A stretch of 64,000 bases of DNA from an uncultured Eubacteriales bacterium (GTDB lineage Bacteria; Bacillota; Clostridia; Lachnospirales; Lachnospiraceae). The notes below the pieces were generated by a model that saw only the letters and a program-made list of their open reading frames with translations, was not told the DNA's origin and did not search any database. Made by a program: the position numbers and the translations under genes. Shown here in pieces: positions 29,515 through 39,483 of this stretch. The stretch spans positions 22,313 to 86,312 of the forward strand of contig UQXZ01000005.1 in NCBI GenBank assembly GCA_900545225.1, written 5' to 3'. How positions within the stretch are numbered: the stretch's first letter is position 1; each line of letters starts with the position of its first letter.

Positions 29515-29981
29515 TATAAATCCCTTTCGGTCGGAAGACCAAACTTGCTTAAATGTGCATTAGAATATCTTTTGTCCATTGTAACTTCTTCACCAAACCA
29601 GTGTGGTGGAACATATTCATCTGCTTCTTCAACAGAATCAAATTCAACCTCTGCAACTACCAGTCCTTCAAGATCTTTTTCAAATATATCCAGTTCAATG
29701 GTAAATGCACCGTGAGGTATTTCATATCTCTTCTTTGAAATGATTATTCCATCACTTTTTGGTAAAAGATGTTCATAGGCTTCTTCTGTAAGTGGAAGAT
29801 TGGCTTCTTCATGGGCTAAAGCCACGCCGCCTGATTTATATGTCATATAATATAAATCATTATCTTTTCTTACTCTGATTGCCGGAACTGTACAAAGATA
29901 TCCCTGTTCGATAATTCGTAATTTATAACTATCTAAATTATCAGGTATTGATTTAACCAAAAATTTCTTTTCTATTTCCAT
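29514..29981 (-). CDS. CYTH-domain (triphosphate tunnel metalloenzyme) protein
   Basis: Starts MEIEKKFLV (the EIE.KFL CYTH signature). Start set to ATG 29981; the track start is an unlikely TTG. Its stop overlaps the CLC start (TAATG). Confidence 0.75.
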   Translation of the reverse strand: MEIEKKFLVKSIPDNLDSYKLRIIEQGYLCTVPAIRVRKDNDLYYMTYKSGGVALAHEEANLPLTEEAYEHLLPKSDGIIISKKRYEIPHGAFTIELDIFEKDLEGLVVAEVEFDSVEEADEYVPPHWFGEEVTMDKRYSNAHLSKFGLPTERDL

Positions 29982-30103
29982 AGTTTTATACGTAAATCCA
30001 TTTATAAACAAAAAATAGCGATTTTCATCGCCGTTACAAATATATAATCTATATCAAAAAGAAAAAAAAACAATGAATATTATTAAAAATGATAAGAAGA
30101 AAG

Positions 30104-30140
30104 AAAAATAAAAAACTGGCTTATAAAAATAAGCCAGTTC
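30104..30140 (-). terminator. rho-independent terminator of hup
   Basis: AACTGGCTTAT/ATAAGCCAGTT stem with a T-run on the minus strand. Confidence 0.7.
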
Positions 30141-30214
30141 CAATAAATCTTTATTAAATAAATTCTTCTATTAAATGTCGGATTTATTTAAATAATAATT
30201 ATTTTATTATCAGA

Positions 30215-30541
30215 TTATTTCTTTTTCTTAGCTGCAACCTTAGCAGGAGCCTTCTTAGCTTCAGCCTTTACGTTAACAAGGTCCTTAAGAGCTTTACCAG
30301 GCTTAAACTTAGGTGCGATTGAAGCAGGAATCTGAATTTCAGCACCTGTCTGTGGGTTTTTACCAACTCTTGCAGCTCTTTCAGATGTTTCGAATGTACC
30401 GAAACCTACAAGCTGAATCTTGTTTCCTTCTTTAAGCTCTTCTGAAACTGTCTCGATGAATGCTGCTAAAAACTTCTCAGCATCTACCTTCTTAATGTCA
30501 GCTTTCTCTGAAATTGCAGCAATTAATTCGCTCTTATTCAT
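30215..30541 (-). CDS. hup: HU-family DNA-binding protein with a Lys/Ala-rich C-terminal tail
   Basis: MNKSELIAAISEK...GFGTFETSERAARVGKNPQTGAEIQIPA is canonical HU. It has an extra tail, VKAEAKKAPAKVAAKKKK. Confidence 0.9.
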   Translation of the reverse strand: MNKSELIAAISEKADIKKVDAEKFLAAFIETVSEELKEGNKIQLVGFGTFETSERAARVGKNPQTGAEIQIPASIAPKFKPGKALKDLVNVKAEAKKAPAKVAAKKKK

Positions 30542-30812
30542 AATTGTTATCCTCCCTCAAATTGGACAATTTAAAATACACGTTTTACTTATAATCTATT
30601 ATGCTTTTATTGTCAATAAAAAAAGCCAAAAAGCTTGATAAAAAGTGACTTTCAAGGGATCTTTGGTTGCAAATACAACTATATTTGAAACAATATTTTA
30701 CTATTTGTTAATTTATTATCAGAGTGCTATTATTTAAAAATGAACATATGTTAACGGATTGTTATTAATAATGGAGTAACACCGCTTTTTTAGCAGATTT
30801 GGAGAAAATAAA

Positions 30813-31487
30813 ATGAAAGATGGCGACACCAAAAAGATTTCAGTAGCGGTGGTAAAAAGATTACCAATATACAGAAGACATTTGAAGGACTTAATGGATG
30901 CAGGAATATACAGAATCTCATCAAAGGAACTGAGTCTCAGAATGAAAACCACATCATCTCAGATAAGACAGGATCTGAATCAGTTTGGTACATTTGGTCA
31001 GCAGGGGTACGGTTATAACGTAAGAAATTTATATGATGAAATATGCAGTATTCTCGGTCTGAAGGAAAAACATAACACTATAATTATAGGAACAAGCACA
31101 ACATTAAGAGCCCTAATAAGCAAACATAATCTGCTTGGAAGAGAGTCATTTCCTGTTGTGGGAGTATTTGATACAAACAGGGTAAATGTAGGAGAGAATC
31201 TAGACGGATATATAATTAAGGATCTTAAGGATTTAAAGGATCTTCTTAAGGAAACTACTGTAGATATTGCAATAGTTGAGCTTTTCAAAAATGAAGTTAA
31301 GTCCGTGGTTAATGAATTAATCGACAATGAAATTAAGGAAATCCTCAATATTTCTGATACGGATCTCAGATATGCGTCAGACGTACATATTGAAAATATT
31401 AATATTTCGGATGCGCTTTTAAGACTGTCATTCCATGCATCTGAAAGAAAAAGAGAAGAAGCAGGCGATTTATCTGAAGATATGTGA
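30813..31487 (+). CDS. rex: Rex-family redox-sensing repressor homolog with a degenerate dinucleotide-binding motif
   Basis: Winged-helix part VVKRLPIYRRHL...GYGYNV is typical Rex. The Rossmann glycine motif position reads IIIGTSTTLRAL. Confidence 0.75.
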   Translation: MKDGDTKKISVAVVKRLPIYRRHLKDLMDAGIYRISSKELSLRMKTTSSQIRQDLNQFGTFGQQGYGYNVRNLYDEICSILGLKEKHNTIIIGTSTTLRALISKHNLLGRESFPVVGVFDTNRVNVGENLDGYIIKDLKDLKDLLKETTVDIAIVELFKNEVKSVVNELIDNEIKEILNISDTDLRYASDVHIENINISDALLRLSFHASERKREEAGDLSEDM

Positions 31488-31503
31488 ATAAAGGAGATAC
31501 TGT

Positions 31504-33081
31504 ATGGAAAGATTGTATAGTGCAGAGCAGGCAAGAGAGGTAGACCGTCTTACAAGTGAAGAGTGCCATATTCCGTCAATTTTACTTATGGAAAGGGCGG
31601 CTCTACATATTTCAGAGAGAGTTGCAAATGTATATGACAATTCAATAAGAGATAATGCTTTTGTAAAAAACAAAAAGGTTTTAGCTGTGGCTGGTTCCGG
31701 TAATAACGGTGGTGACGTTGTTGCGGCGACAAGACAGTTATCAGAGAAAAATATAGTCTGCGACATTTATGTTATTTCAAAAAACGTAAAGCCATCCTTA
31801 AAGGAACAGATTGATATGGTATCTGCCATCGGCTTAAATATATTTTATGAATGTCCTGATATGTCTCAATATGGAATTATTATTGACGGCGTATTTGGAA
31901 CAGGGCTGGGCAGAGATGTATCAGGTAAATACAAAACTGTTATCGAAGAAATTAATAAAGCAGGTTCATATATAATTGCCGCAGACATACCTTCAGGAAT
32001 ATCTGCAGACAGCGGTAAGGTCCTCGGCTGTGCAGTAAAGGCCGATGAAACGCTTGTATTTGGAAGAAACAAGCTTGGCCTTACACTTTATCCTGCATTA
32101 GATTATGTGGGAGATGTACATGTATGCAAAATTGGCTTCCCTGCATTTATTGAAAAGAAGGTTGCGGACACATATTTCTTATTAGAAGAAAATGATGTAA
32201 ACATTCTCAAAGACAGAGATGACAATTCCAATAAGGGAACATTTGGTAATATACTTGTTGTGGCAGGTTCAGAAAATATGGGCGGTGCTGGAATTTTAAG
32301 TGCATCATCTGCATTACACAGCGGTGCAGGCAAAGTTACAGTCTGTACTCATGTAAGAAATAGAACTGCAGTTTTAAGTCATGTTCCTGAGGTAATCCTT
32401 GAACTTTATGACAGTGATGAGACTGAAGCAATCTGCAACTGGATAAGAGAAAATGTAAACGGTTTCAGCTCTGTAATAGTAGGTCCTGGCCTTGGCATGG
32501 GCGAAGAATCAGGAGCCATTGTAAAAGCTGTTCTGGAATCCTCAGAAATAAGTACAATTATTGATGCTGACGCATTGAATATCTGCGCCGAAGAACTTTG
32601 CAGAAATGAAAATGTATTCCTATCAAAGAGAAGAAAGTACAATACCATAATTACTCCTCATATTAAGGAATTCAGCAGACTGACAGGACTCAGCGTTTCT
32701 GAAATTAAATCTGATATTGTAAATGTTGCTAAAATCTGGGCTAAAAGATTAAATGTCATTTTAGTTTTAAAAGATTCAAAGACAATAATTACAGACGGAT
32801 ACAGAGTTATCATTAACAATTACGGATGTAATGGAATGGCAACAGCAGGTTCAGGTGATGTACTCTCAGGAATTATCGCCAATGCTGTACTTAGTACTCC
32901 AGAATATTCATATACTTATACAGATGAAGAAAAGAAGTGTGCTAATCAGGCACAGCTTGAAAACGTTGCCAGAGGAGTACTGCTTCACGCACTTGCAGGA
33001 GAAGCTGCAAGAGACGTAAATGGCAACAACAGTATGAGTGCAACTGATATTGTTAAAGGGATTGGCATTGTGCTAAAATAA
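31504..33081 (+). CDS. nnr: bifunctional NAD(P)H-hydrate repair enzyme (epimerase/ADP-dependent dehydratase)
   Basis: YjeF-N (GSGNNGGD) fused to the carbohydrate-kinase-like YjeF-C domain (GSGDVLSG). Confidence 0.85.
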   Translation: MERLYSAEQAREVDRLTSEECHIPSILLMERAALHISERVANVYDNSIRDNAFVKNKKVLAVAGSGNNGGDVVAATRQLSEKNIVCDIYVISKNVKPSLKEQIDMVSAIGLNIFYECPDMSQYGIIIDGVFGTGLGRDVSGKYKTVIEEINKAGSYIIAADIPSGISADSGKVLGCAVKADETLVFGRNKLGLTLYPALDYVGDVHVCKIGFPAFIEKKVADTYFLLEENDVNILKDRDDNSNKGTFGNILVVAGSENMGGAGILSASSALHSGAGKVTVCTHVRNRTAVLSHVPEVILELYDSDETEAICNWIRENVNGFSSVIVGPGLGMGEESGAIVKAVLESSEISTIIDADALNICAEELCRNENVFLSKRRKYNTIITPHIKEFSRLTGLSVSEIKSDIVNVAKIWAKRLNVILVLKDSKTIITDGYRVIINNYGCNGMATAGSGDVLSGIIANAVLSTPEYSYTYTDEEKKCANQAQLENVARGVLLHALAGEAARDVNGNNSMSATDIVKGIGIVLK

Positions 33082-33116
33082 ATATTTCAAGTATTTACAA
33101 TTGAAGGACAATAGAA

Positions 33117-34286
33117 ATGGATGATTATAAACGAGCCTACGAAGATGTAAATCTCGACGTAATAAAAAATAATGTAGATATTATTATGAAGAGAACAAAG
33201 CCGGGAACTAAGGCTCTGATAGTTGTTAAGGCGGATGCATACGGACATGGCGATGTGCCGGTAGCCAGAGCACTTGAATCAAGAGCTGACTATTTTGCGG
33301 TTGCTACAGGACCAGAGGCAATTAATCTTAGAGAAAATGGTATAACAAAGCCAATTCTCATACTTGGATTTGTTGCATATGAAGAATATGAAGATCTTAT
33401 AAATAATGATGTGGATCTTGTAATATTTGATAAGGAATCTGCAGATGCCTTATCTGAGGCCGCTAAGAAAATTGGTAAAACTGCCAAGTGCCACGTAAAA
33501 GTGGATACTGGTATGAGAAGAATAGGTGTTGAGCCGGTTAAGGAAAGTGTTGAGATTGTAAAATATATCAAGGATCTTGATAATGTTGACGCTCACGGTA
33601 TATTTACACACTTTTTCGCAGCGGACAGCGTGGACAAGAGCCGTGCACAGAAGCAGTATAAGCTATTTACTGGCTTTATAGACATGTGTAAGGATGAAGG
33701 GGTAACATTCGACATTTGTCACTGTGCTAACTCAGCTGCCGCAATGGATATGCCTGAAACAAATATGGATATGGTAAGAATAGGAATTTCCATGTATGGA
33801 CTTGATCCATCAGAAGAAGTTCCAGTGGCAGAGGCCGGATTAGCTCCTGCAATGTCTCTTAAATGCAGAATTTCCATGGTGAAGACAATACATAAGGGCG
33901 ACAGCGTAGGCTACGGCGGAGTCTATGTGGCAGATGAGGACAGAAAGATAGCAACACTGTCCATCGGCTATGCTGACGGCTATCCAAGAAGCTTATCTAA
34001 TAAGGGATATGTACTTATAAATGGTAAGAAAGCTAACATAGTAGGTAACATTTGTATGGATCAGCTCATGGTTGATTGTACGGATATTGAGGATGTAAAG
34101 CGTGGTGATATTGTTACCATGATTGGTACAGACGGTGATGAATCTATCAGAGTTGAGGATTTATCAGCAATTTCCGGAAGATTTAACTATGAATTTGTAT
34201 GTGGAATAACAAAGCGTATTCCAAGAAATTATTATGAAAATGGTAATTACATTAGTACACATGAGCATTTTCACGAAAAATGGTAA
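33117..34286 (+). CDS. alr: alanine racemase
   Basis: PLP-lysine motif VVKADAYGHG. 389 aa. The last roughly 18 codons lie in a tandem repeat. Confidence 0.85.
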   Translation: MDDYKRAYEDVNLDVIKNNVDIIMKRTKPGTKALIVVKADAYGHGDVPVARALESRADYFAVATGPEAINLRENGITKPILILGFVAYEEYEDLINNDVDLVIFDKESADALSEAAKKIGKTAKCHVKVDTGMRRIGVEPVKESVEIVKYIKDLDNVDAHGIFTHFFAADSVDKSRAQKQYKLFTGFIDMCKDEGVTFDICHCANSAAAMDMPETNMDMVRIGISMYGLDPSEEVPVAEAGLAPAMSLKCRISMVKTIHKGDSVGYGGVYVADEDRKIATLSIGYADGYPRSLSNKGYVLINGKKANIVGNICMDQLMVDCTDIEDVKRGDIVTMIGTDGDESIRVEDLSAISGRFNYEFVCGITKRIPRNYYENGNYISTHEHFHEKW

Positions 34287-34346
34287 TTACATTAATGCAC
34301 ATGAATAAATACCCATGAGTATTTTCATGAAAAGTGGTAATTGTGG
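34233..34346 (+). repeat. about 2.5 imperfect tandem copies of a roughly 40-bp unit spanning the alr stop
   Basis: ATGAAAATGGTAATTACATTAGTACACATGAGCATTTTC / ACGAAAAATGGTAATTACATTAATGCACATGA..CATGAGTATTTTC / ATGAAAAGTGGTAATTGTGG. Confidence 0.8.
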
Positions 34347-34367
34347 ATTTATGAAAGGATGTTTAGT

Positions 34368-35237
34368 ATGAAGGACGATTCTCCCCGAGAAAAGAAAGGA
34401 TTTTTTTCTGTATTTAAGAAATCAAAACAAAAGAAGAGTGATGAAGAAGTAACTGAGGAAATTAAGGATATTGTTCAGGAAAGTCATGAGGCCGGTGTCA
34501 TAGCAGAGAACACCGTAGAAATGATTAACAATATTATTGATCTTGGTGAAAAGACTGTTTCTGATGTTATGACACACAGAAAAAATGTTGTTTTCATGGA
34601 TGCCGAAGCAACCCTCGAAGAAACATTTGAAAAAACAATGCAGGACGGATTTTCAAGATATCCTGTATATGTAGATAATATTGATAACATTGTTGGTATC
34701 TACCATATAAGAGACCTTGTTAAATGCTATTTCAAGCCTGAAAACAGAGGTAAGACTTTACTTCAGTTAAGCGAAGAACTTCTTATGGAGGTTTCTGCAG
34801 TTCCTGAAACAAGACTTATAAGTAAGCTCTTTAAGGAAATGCAGCACAAGAAGTCCCATATGGTTTTAGTTGTAGACGAATATGGTGAAACAGCCGGCAT
34901 TGTTACAATGGAAGATGTGCTTGAGGAAATTGTCGGTAACATTTGGGATGAGCATGATGAGCCTGATACAGGTATCGATAAACAGAAAGACGGATCATAC
35001 TTATTATACGGCCACACAGAATTGTCAGAGGCAGGAGATGCCTTAGACATAGAGTTTGGCAATGAGAATATTGAAACCGTCAATGGATTTATGACATACA
35101 ACCTTGGACACATTCCTCAGGAGGGCGAAAAGTTCTCTTTTGAATTTAAGGGGTATTTATTTGAAATAATAAGTGTAAAGAACAGAGTGGTTGAAGAAGT
35201 TAAGGCTACAAAGCTCTATGATTATTCAGAAGACTAA
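34368..35237 (+). CDS. CorC/HlyC-type protein (CBS pair plus transporter-associated domain)
   Basis: CBS-pair region followed by a CorC_HlyC C-terminal domain. Start set to ATG 34368 behind SD AAAGGA. Confidence 0.7.
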   Translation: MKDDSPREKKGFFSVFKKSKQKKSDEEVTEEIKDIVQESHEAGVIAENTVEMINNIIDLGEKTVSDVMTHRKNVVFMDAEATLEETFEKTMQDGFSRYPVYVDNIDNIVGIYHIRDLVKCYFKPENRGKTLLQLSEELLMEVSAVPETRLISKLFKEMQHKKSHMVLVVDEYGETAGIVTMEDVLEEIVGNIWDEHDEPDTGIDKQKDGSYLLYGHTELSEAGDALDIEFGNENIETVNGFMTYNLGHIPQEGEKFSFEFKGYLFEIISVKNRVVEEVKATKLYDYSED

Positions 35238-35276
35238 TGTTTTTAACAACTGTTTTAATATGATTATTTAAATGGT

Positions 35277-35313
35277 TTAGATAGCCGATAAATTGTCGGT
35301 TATCTAATTTTTA
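35277..35313 (+). terminator. rho-independent terminator
   Basis: TAGATAGCCGA/TCGGTTATCTA stem followed by ATTTTT. Confidence 0.65.
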
Positions 35314-35352
35314 AAAATTAAAGAAAAAAATAGACAAAAAAATAAAGTTTCA

Positions 35353-35381
35353 TTGACAATTTACTTATTAAATTGTACAGT
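35353..35381 (+). promoter_or_regulatory. candidate promoter of ilvN-ilvC
   Basis: TTGACA, 17-nt spacer, TACAGT. Confidence 0.35.
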
Positions 35382-35437
35382 AAACTATATTTTACTTATT
35401 ATAATTAAATTACAAATTAAAAATAGGAGGTGCGAAA

Positions 35438-35929
35438 GTGAGAAAAGCAGTTTTTTCATTGCTTGTAGAAAACTCTTCAGGCGTGCTTAGCCGCGTTTCC
35501 GGTCTTTTCAGCAGAAGAGGATATAATATTGAATCTTTAACCGTAGGTGAAACCCTCGATCCAAACTATTCTAGAATGACAATTGTCGCATCAGGTGACG
35601 AAGACGTTTTAGATCAGATTGAAAAGCAGTTGGGTAAACTTATTGATATTAAAGAAATCAAGGAACTTCCTATTTCAGAAACAGTATGCAGAGAATTAAT
35701 ACTTGTAAAGGTTGCATGTGATGCTGCACAGAGAAGTGAAATTGCTTCACTTTCTAGCATTTTCCACGCGAAGGTGTTGGACGTTGCAGAAAATTCAGTT
35801 GTAATTGAACTCACAGGCAATCAGTCAAAGCTCAATGCATTTGTCAGCTTACTTAACAGCTACCATATCATTGAGATAGCAAGAACAGGTATTACTGCCC
35901 TTGAAAGAGGAACTGAAACTGTCCAATAA
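35438..35929 (+). CDS. ilvN: acetolactate synthase small (regulatory) subunit
   Basis: ACT-domain start LLVENSSGVLSRVSGLFSRRGYNIESLTV. GTG start 7 nt after AGGAGG. Confidence 0.85.
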   Translation: MRKAVFSLLVENSSGVLSRVSGLFSRRGYNIESLTVGETLDPNYSRMTIVASGDEDVLDQIEKQLGKLIDIKEIKELPISETVCRELILVKVACDAAQRSEIASLSSIFHAKVLDVAENSVVIELTGNQSKLNAFVSLLNSYHIIEIARTGITALERGTETVQ

Positions 35930-35949
35930 ATAACATATAATGTATTTAA

Positions 35950-37029
<1,080 letters not shown>

Positions 37030-37121
37030 TTATTAATAATTAAGTGGTTAGATATCGTTTAGATATATGATAAAATATAAGCATTACCGAATAGGGATGC
37101 TTAAGGGATTAAATCCCATAA

Positions 37122-37160
37122 AAAGGCGTAGTCGAATTATTTGGCTATGCCTTTTTTTGT
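37122..37160 (+). terminator. rho-independent terminator after ilvC
   Basis: AAAGGCGTAGTC/GGCTATGCCTTT stem (two G-U pairs) followed by TTTTTTTG. Confidence 0.75.
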
Positions 37161-37290
37161 GTTTTCGGGGATATTTGTACCAATGCAGTTGAAGCCCACT
37201 TTTATATGCTTAATTTTGTTTGTTTAAATGAAGTTTTGTCTTGTTTGTAATCAGCATGAAGAAGTGGCAACGCCAAAAAGGGAGGCGTGT

Positions 37291-37513
37291 ATGAATAAAA
37301 TTTATAAAAAAGTTATTGGAAACAGCAGGGATTTGTGGTCTGAGCGTAAGCTTACTTACTGCAACACCGGTTTTTGCAGATGAAACGGGTGGCACAGGCG
37401 GAATAGGTGAACCTGTGGCAGAACTTGTGAAGGTCTGTGGCTATGATGCACTGGCCGGAAGCACATCAGCTATTGCTGCGGCGGGAGTATGCAGAAAGAG
37501 AATAAACAGATAA
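37291..37513 (+). pseudogene. small Sec-signal-peptide ORF whose SD/ATG (37291) and body (frame of 37316-37513) are out of frame at an A6 tract
   Basis: SD AAAGGGAGG lies 5 nt before ATG 37291, whose frame ends after 30 codons. One frame over, the sequence reads ...KKLLETAGICGLSVSLLTATPVFA/DETGG... through to TAA 37511-13. Confidence 0.4.
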
Positions 37514-37637
37514 TCAAAGTTAGTTGAAAAATCTCCCGTGATATATAAACTTTATAATTTGTTAATGGAGCTTATATATGATATATTCTATAATTAACTT
37601 AAAGTATACTTAAAAGGTATGAGGGGAGGTGTACACA

Positions 37638-38348
37638 ATGCAATTTAAGAAAATAAATGATCTTAAATTCCAGGTAATCCTTAATAAGGATGACATGAAT
37701 AATTTTAATTTAACAATGGAGGATTTCTTTGGTAATAACACTAATAAAATTCATTCATTATTAGACACCCTTATGGAAAAGGCCAGAGAGCAGATTGGTG
37801 TCAACATGGACAATACAATTATGTCTGTTCAACTTGTACCACAGCCTAATCATACATTCCTTTTAACTGTTAGTGGCAGAAAGCCTCAGGGTAACGGAGA
37901 GGTAAATGATAACAGGAAGTCGGATAAGAAACAGGACGACGATGATATGATGCCGGATATGTTTAGCGGCTTTAACGACATGGATGAGGATTTCATCGAT
38001 GAAGATGAGATGATAAAGCCTAAGAAACCGGTTGAGTTAAACAAAGAGATTCTCGATAAAAGAATACTTTACAGATTTGATTCTCTTGAAGACCTTGAAA
38101 TGTTTGCAGCTTCAATAGAATCGACATGGGGAATTAATAATACATTATTTAAGGATGGCGACAGCTATTATCTTGTATTATTAAGAACAAGAATGTCTAC
38201 TGAGAAATATCAGAAATTACTTATTAAGGCATTGGAATATGGCACATTTGAAGTGGCTGATGACAATGTAATTGCATATGTAATGGAACACATGGATGTT
38301 CTTTTAAGCGGCAATGCACTTTCACAGATAAAGAAGTACGCCGTATAA
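37638..38348 (+). CDS. mecA: MecA-family adaptor protein
   Basis: N-domain, acidic linker and C-domain architecture; start MQFKKINDLKFQVILNKDDM. Start set to ATG 37638 behind GAGGGGAGG. Confidence 0.65.
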   Translation: MQFKKINDLKFQVILNKDDMNNFNLTMEDFFGNNTNKIHSLLDTLMEKAREQIGVNMDNTIMSVQLVPQPNHTFLLTVSGRKPQGNGEVNDNRKSDKKQDDDDMMPDMFSGFNDMDEDFIDEDEMIKPKKPVELNKEILDKRILYRFDSLEDLEMFAASIESTWGINNTLFKDGDSYYLVLLRTRMSTEKYQKLLIKALEYGTFEVADDNVIAYVMEHMDVLLSGNALSQIKKYAV

Positions 38349-38372
38349 ATACTACACAGTTATGGAGGGCAT

Positions 38373-39482
38373 ATGAGATATCCAAAGTTTTTAGAGAACG
38401 GAGGAACAATAGGTTTTACTGCTCCGTCATTCGGATGTACAACAGAACCATATAAATCCTGCTTCGAAGAGGCGTTAAAGAGATTTGAGGAACTCGGTTA
38501 CAAAACAGAGGTTACACCTGATTGTTATATGTCTGACGGTGTGGGCATAAGCACAGATCCTAAGGAGTGTGCGAAGGAACTTGAATATATCTATTCTGGC
38601 AGTGAATCAGATGTAATCATTTCTGTAGGTGGTGGTGAGCTCATGTGTGACACTATCGCAGAGGTTGACTTTGAGAGCCTTAAGAAATGTGAACCTAAGT
38701 GGTATATGGGTTATTCAGACAATACTAACTTTACATTTCTTCTTAATACTCTCCTGGATACAGCTTCCATTTACGCTCCATGTGCGCCAAGCTTTGGAAT
38801 GAAGCCATGGGATAAAGCATTACAGCAGGATATGGATATTCTTACAGGTAAGACAAGTTCAGTTAAGGGATTTGATAAGTGGGAGAAAGAGTCACTTAAG
38901 TCAGATGAAAATCCATATGCCCCATATAATTTAACAGAAGAAAAAAGATTATATATCTATAAAGGTAATACACCTATTGTAGAAGCTCCTACAGTAGAGA
39001 TGATTGATATGGCAGCAGAGTCAGGTCAGCCATTACCTGCAATTAAATCTGTTGATACACCTGTTAAATTTAAGGGAAGAATAATTGGCGGATGTCTCGA
39101 TACATTAATAACACTCTGCGGAACAAGATTTGACAAAGTTAAGGAGTTCACAGAGAAGTACAAGGAAGACGGTATTATTTGGTTTATCGAAAGCTGCGAT
39201 TTATCAATGCTTCAGATTAGAAGAGCATTGTTCCAGTTTAAAAATGCAGGATGGTTTAACCATGCAAGCGGATTTATTTTCGGAAGACCATGTCACTTCA
39301 ATGAGACAGAAATCGGTGTAAGTGCATATAATGCAGTCACATCAGTACTTGGAGACTTTGATAAGTACATTGTAATGGATGCGGATATCGGTCATTTACC
39401 ACCAACAATTCCAATCGTAAGCGGTGCCATTGCAGATGTTACGGTTGATGACAATATTTCAATACAGTATATATACGAATAA
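38373..39482 (+). CDS. S66-family LD-carboxypeptidase (LdcA/MccF-like)
   Basis: GGTIGFTAPS, nucleophile motif GYSDNT, and DADIGHLPP carrying the catalytic His. Confidence 0.8.
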   Translation: MRYPKFLENGGTIGFTAPSFGCTTEPYKSCFEEALKRFEELGYKTEVTPDCYMSDGVGISTDPKECAKELEYIYSGSESDVIISVGGGELMCDTIAEVDFESLKKCEPKWYMGYSDNTNFTFLLNTLLDTASIYAPCAPSFGMKPWDKALQQDMDILTGKTSSVKGFDKWEKESLKSDENPYAPYNLTEEKRLYIYKGNTPIVEAPTVEMIDMAAESGQPLPAIKSVDTPVKFKGRIIGGCLDTLITLCGTRFDKVKEFTEKYKEDGIIWFIESCDLSMLQIRRALFQFKNAGWFNHASGFIFGRPCHFNETEIGVSAYNAVTSVLGDFDKYIVMDADIGHLPPTIPIVSGAIADVTVDDNISIQYIYE

Positions 39483-39483
39483 A

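Noticed and set aside
29982-30214. Fluoride (crcB-motif) riboswitch upstream of the CYTH-CLC operon.
   Set aside because: Only a short GCGAT-GAAA-ATCGC hairpin and the hup terminator are present. I could not find the conserved riboswitch pseudoknot strings such as ...GGCGATGG...CCTAC. This should still be confirmed with a covariance-model scan.
31013-31766. Minus-strand ORFs of 173 aa and 98 aa opposite rex and nnr.
   Set aside because: They are antisense to two well-supported + strand genes. The composition is Ser/Leu-rich and there are no start signals.
37292-37294. TGA read-through or recoding that would join MKKWQRQKGRRV (ATG 37256) to the signal-peptide frame.
   Set aside because: TGA clearly functions as a stop elsewhere in the window (atpF, rnj, scfB, metG). 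No SECIS-like context is evident. An indel at the A6 tract is the simpler explanation.
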